Shown piece by piece: positions 59,143-64,000 of a stretch of 64,000 nucleotides of DNA. The translations under genes and the position numbers were made by a program. Positions within the stretch are counted from its first letter, which is position 1; each line of letters begins with the position of its first letter. The DNA comes from a virus, in IMG/VR virus record IMGVR_UViG_3300025759_000063, positions 1 to 64,000 of that record; one strand, written 5' to 3'. Below the pieces are notes generated by a model. The model did not search any database. It was not told the DNA's origin and was given only the letters and a program-made list of their open reading frames with translations.

Positions 59143-59956
59143 AGACAGCAATCAATTCATTTGCTTTCTTTCTACTTCCACCATTTGCTGCAATAGTTCT
59201 AGACACTTGAATTGGATAGATTGTGGCATTTTTGTATAGTTCTCTGGTGATGGAAACGTCATTATTAGATACAATCACTTTAATACCCTTTGCAGCAAGA
59301 GATTCTGCAAGTTGTGCTAGTTTAACCTGCTGGTCTGATGTAAACCCATCAGTCGCATAGCTTGTGAAGTTTGATGTATCAGATGCAGGAACATATGGTG
59401 GGTCAAAATAGACAACATCACCTGCTTCCAAATCTTCATAAAGAGATAAATCTTCAAATGAAAGTGATGTGAACCGCACCAATTGTTTGGTGAGGAAATA
59501 CATCCTAAATTTCATCATCTCTTCAGATGGACAAGTTGGTTTTTCATATTTACCAAAAGGAACATTAAATCCACCATTTTTATTGTATCTTGACAGTCCA
59601 TTAAAGCAGTGGCGATTCAAATAGATGAATAGTCTTGCCCTTTCTTTAGAATCTGTTGATTGATTGAAGTGTTCTCTCAAATCAAGATATGACTCTTTAG
59701 TATTATTCTCTGGAATGAACAGTTCTTTACAATACTGAATAAAACTATCCTCATTTGGATCTAACAAATTCTGATAAATTGCCACCAAATCTTTATTCAC
59801 ATCATTGAGAATATACTGCTCTGCTGATGTGTTCAGTGCAACAGCAAGGCTCCCACCAAAGGGTTCACAATAACGCTTTGGACTACCAATATGGGGAGTA
59901 AGATGGGGAAGGACTCTATATTTGTTTCCTGCCCACTTTAGAAAGGGTTTATGCAT
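59138..59956 (-). CDS. dam: Dam-family (D12 class) N6-adenine DNA methyltransferase
   Basis: KPFLKWAGNK, EPFGGS, YLNRHCFNGLSRYNKNGGFNVPFG, DPPY. Confidence 0.93.
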   Translation of the reverse strand: MHKPFLKWAGNKYRVLPHLTPHIGSPKRYCEPFGGSLAVALNTSAEQYILNDVNKDLVAIYQNLLDPNEDSFIQYCKELFIPENNTKESYLDLREHFNQSTDSKERARLFIYLNRHCFNGLSRYNKNGGFNVPFGKYEKPTCPSEEMMKFRMYFLTKQLVRFTSLSFEDLSLYEDLEAGDVVYFDPPYVPASDTSNFTSYATDGFTSDQQVKLAQLAESLAAKGIKVIVSNNDVSITRELYKNATIYPIQVSRTIAANGGSRKKANELIAVY

Positions 59957-61352
59957 ACAAATAATTTTTTAGAATAACACGGAGTGTAGTATGTGTTCCT
60001 GTTTTCTTGATACTACCAAGTTTAATAAGATCACTAGCAGAAGAAAGATAACAATTTCTTGGATACTCAAACTCATTAGTATTATCGCACCATTCATTCA
60101 AATCTTCAAGTGTAAAAGATTTTTTAAGTCCATTCTGCATAGCATAAATGAACACCAGACGCAGGAAATTCAGTTCCTTATACATGTGCTCATTTCTATT
60201 TTTAGAGCCCAAAATGTTAGCACCACCATTAACATAGATGTTATGGTCACAGACATCTGCATTTTTACCAGCATCTCTTTCAATGTAAAAGAGTTCCCAC
60301 AAAATCCAATCAATGGCAGTCAATCGTAGTTTCCAAACATCTGCGGCACGATTACGAATCCAGGAAGAAAAATTCTTTTCTCCTTGCCAGTTGATTGTAG
60401 AACCATTGCGAACTTTGTTTCTACCAAACAATTTGTCTTGCCAATAATCTTCAACATTACTATCTTTGATGATTTTAATCTCAGAAATAAGTTGATTCAA
60501 AAACTGATTAAAATATGGTGCCTTACCATTCATATATGCTGCTGTCATGTCAACACAGAGAGCACGATAGATTTTGCTATACGTTGACCCGTTGTTGATA
60601 ATTTGAGAAGTTATTGCAGGTACATTTTCAAAAACAGGTAGATATGGTTTCACGACATCTGTCATTGTATCTACATCTTTAGGAACAGTATTATTGTCAA
60701 TCAAACTGATAGGTCCGTCCATGTCATTTAGCAACCATGGAGTTAAATTTGATTGTCCAGTTGTTGCATTTAAGTAACCGAAACCATTCAGAACAGAGGT
60801 ATAGTTATCGTTCTTAGATTTACCAGATGCAGTATGATCAATGGTACGATAAATTCGATTATATTCATCGTTGCTAGAAATTAGAACAATTTCATATCGA
60901 AGTGTTGATTCTGCCTCAGGAACACAATCTGAGAGAAGATAATCCTTTGGAATATCTAACTCACCATTAAGAAGTTTGCATAGGGTAACAATAAGAGTGT
61001 TACCATTCATCTGCTTAGGTGTCCATGCTTTAAAAGTATTGCCAAAATTATCTACAAAATCAGTGGTTGAAACCACTATCATATTTTCACGATTTGCTGT
61101 GTCATGATTATAAAGAACATATCTTCCATTCTCATCTTTCTGTAAGAAGTAAGTTCGATAAACATCACCTTCTGCCCTGTCTTCGCTATTTCTTTGAAGT
61201 GAAACTGGGTCTAAAACTTTGCTGTAAGAAGTGCCTCTTTTCTCAACCAATCCATTATAGAAAGGGAGATTTACATGGTTAGAGGATTCTCCATTTTCGT
61301 GTATTTGTTTTGCGAGCAGCACAATTTGCTCGATAAGAGTTTGAGTCAACAT
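59949..61352 (-). CDS. Large hypothetical protein, possibly with a divergent ParB/DGQHR-like N-terminal domain
   Basis: About 467-aa ORF; ATG at 61352 with GGAG RBS; overlaps the dam start; QMNGNT segment. Confidence 0.7.
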   Translation of the reverse strand: MLTQTLIEQIVLLAKQIHENGESSNHVNLPFYNGLVEKRGTSYSKVLDPVSLQRNSEDRAEGDVYRTYFLQKDENGRYVLYNHDTANRENMIVVSTTDFVDNFGNTFKAWTPKQMNGNTLIVTLCKLLNGELDIPKDYLLSDCVPEAESTLRYEIVLISSNDEYNRIYRTIDHTASGKSKNDNYTSVLNGFGYLNATTGQSNLTPWLLNDMDGPISLIDNNTVPKDVDTMTDVVKPYLPVFENVPAITSQIINNGSTYSKIYRALCVDMTAAYMNGKAPYFNQFLNQLISEIKIIKDSNVEDYWQDKLFGRNKVRNGSTINWQGEKNFSSWIRNRAADVWKLRLTAIDWILWELFYIERDAGKNADVCDHNIYVNGGANILGSKNRNEHMYKELNFLRLVFIYAMQNGLKKSFTLEDLNEWCDNTNEFEYPRNCYLSSASDLIKLGSIKKTGTHTTLRVILKNYLYA

Positions 61353-61414
61353 AGATTTTCTCCGTGTATAGATTTGGAGTGTCAAAACGGGTATAGATTT
61401 GTTTTGACTGAACT

Positions 61415-61448
61415 TATTTAGTATAAACTATTTTCAGTTAGTTGTCAA
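61415..61448 (-). promoter_or_regulatory. sigma70 promoter overlapping a late-like CTAAATA element
   Basis: TTGACA (61443-61448), 17-bp spacer, TATACT (61420-61425); CTAAATA at 61415-61421. Confidence 0.75.
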
Positions 61449-61451
61449 CTA

Positions 61452-62039
61452 TCAGAAAAGATTGCGTCCAAATTGACCACAAAGATAAAATGCCATTCCC
61501 TTATCCTTAAGAGTCACACCTGCAAATTTCAGAGGAACATAGTGACCGTTGGTTTTAGATGCTTTGGTGCGAATCTGAAGCAATCCGTTAGGGCCAGTGA
61601 TGGTATTCAATTCACTTTCCTCATCAAATGCCGTGCGAATATGGTTACAAATGAATTCGTAATCCTCTTTCAGTTCCCGATAGTGCTCAGAATGAGTTTC
61701 TGAATTTAGAAGTTCAGTTCCCACATAATCGTTGGTGCGAGTGAAACCAACGTAGATGGTCTGATTGAGTTTCTCAGCAACTTTACTTTCAGCGAAAGGA
61801 ACATTATCCTCAATAATTTCGCTAAGGCAGTGCTTTAACTGTGTCACAGCAATAGATTCACCAACCGTGAACGTCTTAAGTTCACCGTCCACAAGATCTT
61901 TGAGGTTGGAGCTGTTAGGAATGCCCAGAGCAGTTTCAATCAGTTGTCCGCGAGAACCTTTGTTCTTGCCAGGTTTGGCATATGCAGAGAAATCAGTTAC
62001 TTTCAATTTAGCAAAAGTTTGAATAGTTGTGAGAGTCAT
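61452..62039 (-). CDS. MutH/Sau3AI-family PD-(D/E)XK endonuclease
   Basis: KGSRGQLIETALG...KDL..GELKT, LQIRTKA and AFYL align by eye with MutH KGWIGVLLE...QDF..GVELKT, LQIRPKA and GFYL; start reassigned to 62039, after repeat copy 10. Confidence 0.8.
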   Translation of the reverse strand: MTLTTIQTFAKLKVTDFSAYAKPGKNKGSRGQLIETALGIPNSSNLKDLVDGELKTFTVGESIAVTQLKHCLSEIIEDNVPFAESKVAEKLNQTIYVGFTRTNDYVGTELLNSETHSEHYRELKEDYEFICNHIRTAFDEESELNTITGPNGLLQIRTKASKTNGHYVPLKFAGVTLKDKGMAFYLCGQFGRNLF

Positions 62040-62056
62040 TGCAAGTTTGTTCCTTG

Positions 62057-62085
62057 TACTACTACAACACTTTAAGTGGCTCAGT
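62057..62085 (-). repeat. 29-bp module repeat, copy 10
   Basis: ACTGAGCCACTTAAAGTGT-TGT-AGTAGTA. Confidence 0.92.
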
Positions 62086-62089
62086 ATCA

Positions 62090-62308
62090 TCAATCAATCG
62101 GAAGTTTAGCAACACTCTTACCTCTACGATGTTTTTGAATAAACTTGCGGGCAGATTCCTCCGTTGTGCACACTTTAAGCTGCTTGCCATTGTGAATGAT
62201 CATCAATCGGTTACAGTAAGGAACTGCTGCATAGATTCCACCATCAACAATAAATCCATTTTGGGGTGGGTTTGAGTCAAGAATGCTTGAATTAGTTGGT
62301 TGGTTCAT
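62090..62308 (-). CDS. Cyanophage-type hypothetical protein (72 aa)
   Basis: Start reassigned to MNQPTNS; YAAVP...IIHNGKQLKVC...SARKFI. Confidence 0.7.
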   Translation of the reverse strand: MNQPTNSSILDSNPPQNGFIVDGGIYAAVPYCNRLMIIHNGKQLKVCTTEESARKFIQKHRRGKSVAKLPID

Positions 62309-62426
62309 GATACTTTCAAAAAAATCGTGATTTTTGTTGGGGCGGATGCCCCATAGGGTCTGTGCAGTGAAATTGCAAAAAAATCGGGGTTTTACCCCTG
62401 ATGGCCACTTGAGTCTTGGGTGAGAC

Positions 62427-62867
62427 TCACCGCCTGTAGATGATGGTGATGGTTTTTCCATCATCCACTATACTCTCTAGAGTGCATTCTTTCAAGAGTT
62501 CTGCATTGTCGTGATTTGCTCTGGTTTTGATACGATGACACTCCTTGCAGAGTAATTGGCATTTCTCAACTTCTGGAATAATTCTAGACATATCCCAGTC
62601 GATGATTTTTCCAATAGTGTATGCTTTGTCTGCTCGGTTGATGTGGTCAAACTGAAGGTTTTCTGTCGTTCTACACCCTACACAGACTCCACCCAGATGC
62701 TCAACAAGTTGCTGCCTCTTTTTCTTGCGAAGTTCTCTGAGTTTTTCTGTCTTGTAAGCTCTATTTTTCTTTGCCCATTCACTGTTCCTTTCAAGTTTTT
62801 CCTCCCTGTAAGTTTCATCATTTTGGTATTTGTTTCGGTGCCAATCTGCACCAGTGTTCTTACTCAT
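62427..62867 (-). CDS. HNH homing endonuclease
   Basis: GGVCVGC..TENLQFDHIN...KCQLLCKECHRIKT. Confidence 0.88.
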   Translation of the reverse strand: MSKNTGADWHRNKYQNDETYREEKLERNSEWAKKNRAYKTEKLRELRKKKRQQLVEHLGGVCVGCRTTENLQFDHINRADKAYTIGKIIDWDMSRIIPEVEKCQLLCKECHRIKTRANHDNAELLKECTLESIVDDGKTITIIYRR

Positions 62868-62870
62868 AAG

Positions 62871-62907
62871 AATGACACAACTGATTTATTTATATAGTTG
62901 TGTCATT
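62871..62907 (-). promoter_or_regulatory. Late promoter inside a 12-bp inverted repeat that covers the HNH translation start region
   Basis: Arms AATGACACAACT (62871-62882) and AGTTGTGTCATT (62896-62907); TATAAATA at 62887-62894. Confidence 0.8.
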
Positions 62908-62911
62908 TCAA

Positions 62912-64000
62912 TCACCTCCGCACAACAGAATCCAACATCTCACCTTTATGAAATACGGTATCAACAACGTTCTGCAATGCTCGCTCGGTGCTGATACCAA
63001 CCTGGGAATACACAGGTACAACACAAAGACCAAACTTCTTGGTATCGCTACCCAAACGCAGGACACGGCCGATGGTTTGAACCATTTCGATGGTGTCCAT
63101 ATTGCGAAGGAAAACAACAGTCTCCAATTCGCTCACGTTGATACCCTCAGAGAGAATAGAACGGTGAAGAACAACAAACTTCTTGCTAGGATCTTTACCC
63201 CAAGCATTGAGAGTGTTGAAGAACTCCTCTCGGTTAGCTTTCTTGCCGTCAATTACAGCACCAGTCTTGCTAGTGATGTAGAGATAAGAGTAACCACGTT
63301 GTTGTAATTCAGAAGCAAAATCAGTGAATCCCATCAGGTTCATCAGTTGCTTGCTAGTCTTAACACAAACAAGAATCTTCTTGGTGTCAGTGTCATCAAT
63401 CGTGTCCAAAACATTGGCACAATCAATGTTAGGATTGATTTGTTTTGCCTTGTGAATGTCAAACTTCTTTGCCTGAATCTTAGGAGGAATGATGTAACCA
63501 CCCTCCACCAGTTCAGGTGCAGAAACGCGACAAATAATGTCACCATAAACCTCAACATCGTTCATACCAGGTTTGTTGATAGTGACAGAAGTCTTGCGGG
63601 TTGCAGTAAAGAAGTAGCAACGTTCTGCATCGCCAGAGAAGAACTCTGTAGGAGCAAAGAAGTTACGCTTTACAGAATTGTGTGCCTCATCAAAGTAAAT
63701 GGTGTTCACTTCGATGTCTGCTTGACGCAAACGATCAAGAGAATTGTAGGTCGTGAAGATAATGCAAGCATCACCAGCCGTGCGGGCAACATTAGCAAAC
63801 ATATGAATTTGCTTGGGGTTGGTGCTGCTGAAGTGAGAAGTTTCACCACTGTGAGCGTGCATTACGTGCACATTCTTGGTGTCGATAACCTCAAGAAATT
63901 CGCTACAGAGTTGCTCTGCAAGCAAAATACGAGGGCAAACAACAACAATGGTGGTGGCACCAATGTTGTCAATCTGTGCCTTAGCATCAGTAATCATTGT
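62912..64000 (-). CDS. SF2 DEAH-box helicase (type III Res-like), 5' end probably outside the window
   Basis: VVCPRILLAEQL, FTTYNS, FDEAHN, FTAT, LSEGIN, QTIGRVLR; Walker A is not in the window. Confidence 0.88.
   Translation of the reverse strand, partial: TMITDAKAQIDNIGATTIVVVCPRILLAEQLCSEFLEVIDTKNVHVMHAHSGETSHFSSTNPKQIHMFANVARTAGDACIIFTTYNSLDRLRQADIEVNTIYFDEAHNSVKRNFFAPTEFFSGDAERCYFFTATRKTSVTINKPGMNDVEVYGDIICRVSAPELVEGGYIIPPKIQAKKFDIHKAKQINPNIDCANVLDTIDDTDTKKILVCVKTSKQLMNLMGFTDFASELQQRGYSYLYITSKTGAVIDGKKANREEFFNTLNAWGKDPSKKFVVLHRSILSEGINVSELETVVFLRNMDTIEMVQTIGRVLRLGSDTKKFGLCVVPVYSQVGISTERALQNVVDTVFHKGEMLDSVVRR

Noticed and set aside
52022-62085. CRISPR array interpretation of the 29-bp repeats
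   Set aside because: Intervals are about 0.4-2.9 kb and contain whole genes rather than 30-40-bp spacers; no cas genes seen.
52022-62085. Classical integron attC array
   Set aside because: Repeats are too short, lack the RYYYAAC/GTTRRRY ends and long hairpin, and no integron integrase is in the window; only the architecture is analogous.
220-63558. Plus-strand and nested alternative-frame ORFs in the track (e.g. 362-901, 7759-8169, 9921-10349, 52368-52760, 52520-52729, 57671-58129)
   Set aside because: They overlap well-supported minus-strand genes and show no recognisable motifs; treated as shadow ORFs.
1-64000. tRNA or rRNA genes
   Set aside because: No cloverleaf or rRNA-like sequence recognised by eye in intergenic regions; a tRNAscan-SE run would confirm.

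Overview
Part of a T4-like myovirus genome, most likely a cyanophage (Kyanoviridae-like). The host is inferred from the cyanophage-type gene order, NATAAATA late promoters, a CAAD/CurT-like gene and TTTTCCACA boxes. Essentially all real genes are on the minus strand. 1-7.8 kb: recombination and late-transcription genes (HExxH peptidase fragment, gp46, gp47, gp55, uvsW, uvsY, gp3). 7.8-49 kb: virion module (gp23, 22, 21, 20, 19, 18, 17, 16, 15, 14, 13, a 2523-aa structural protein, gp8, two gp7-like proteins, gp6, gp25). 49-51.6 kb: conserved hypotheticals and a glycosyltransferase-like gene. 51.7-64 kb: an accessory, probably early, region of small ORFs divided into modules by ten copies of a 29-bp repeat (ACTGAGCCMCWTAAAGTGT-NNN-AGTAGTR). 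Each copy abuts or contains the previous stop codon and precedes the next start. This region also holds an origin-like locus (divergent sigma70 promoters, 23/56-bp tandem repeats, phased DnaA boxes, AT-rich tract), a MutH/Sau3AI-like nuclease plus Dam methylase module, a CurT/CAAD-like membrane protein and a ligase-fold protein. Two homing-endonuclease-related genes there appear gated by inverted repeats around late promoters, one with a possible ~55-nt small RNA. All protein assignments are from motif and family recognition by eye; no searches were run.
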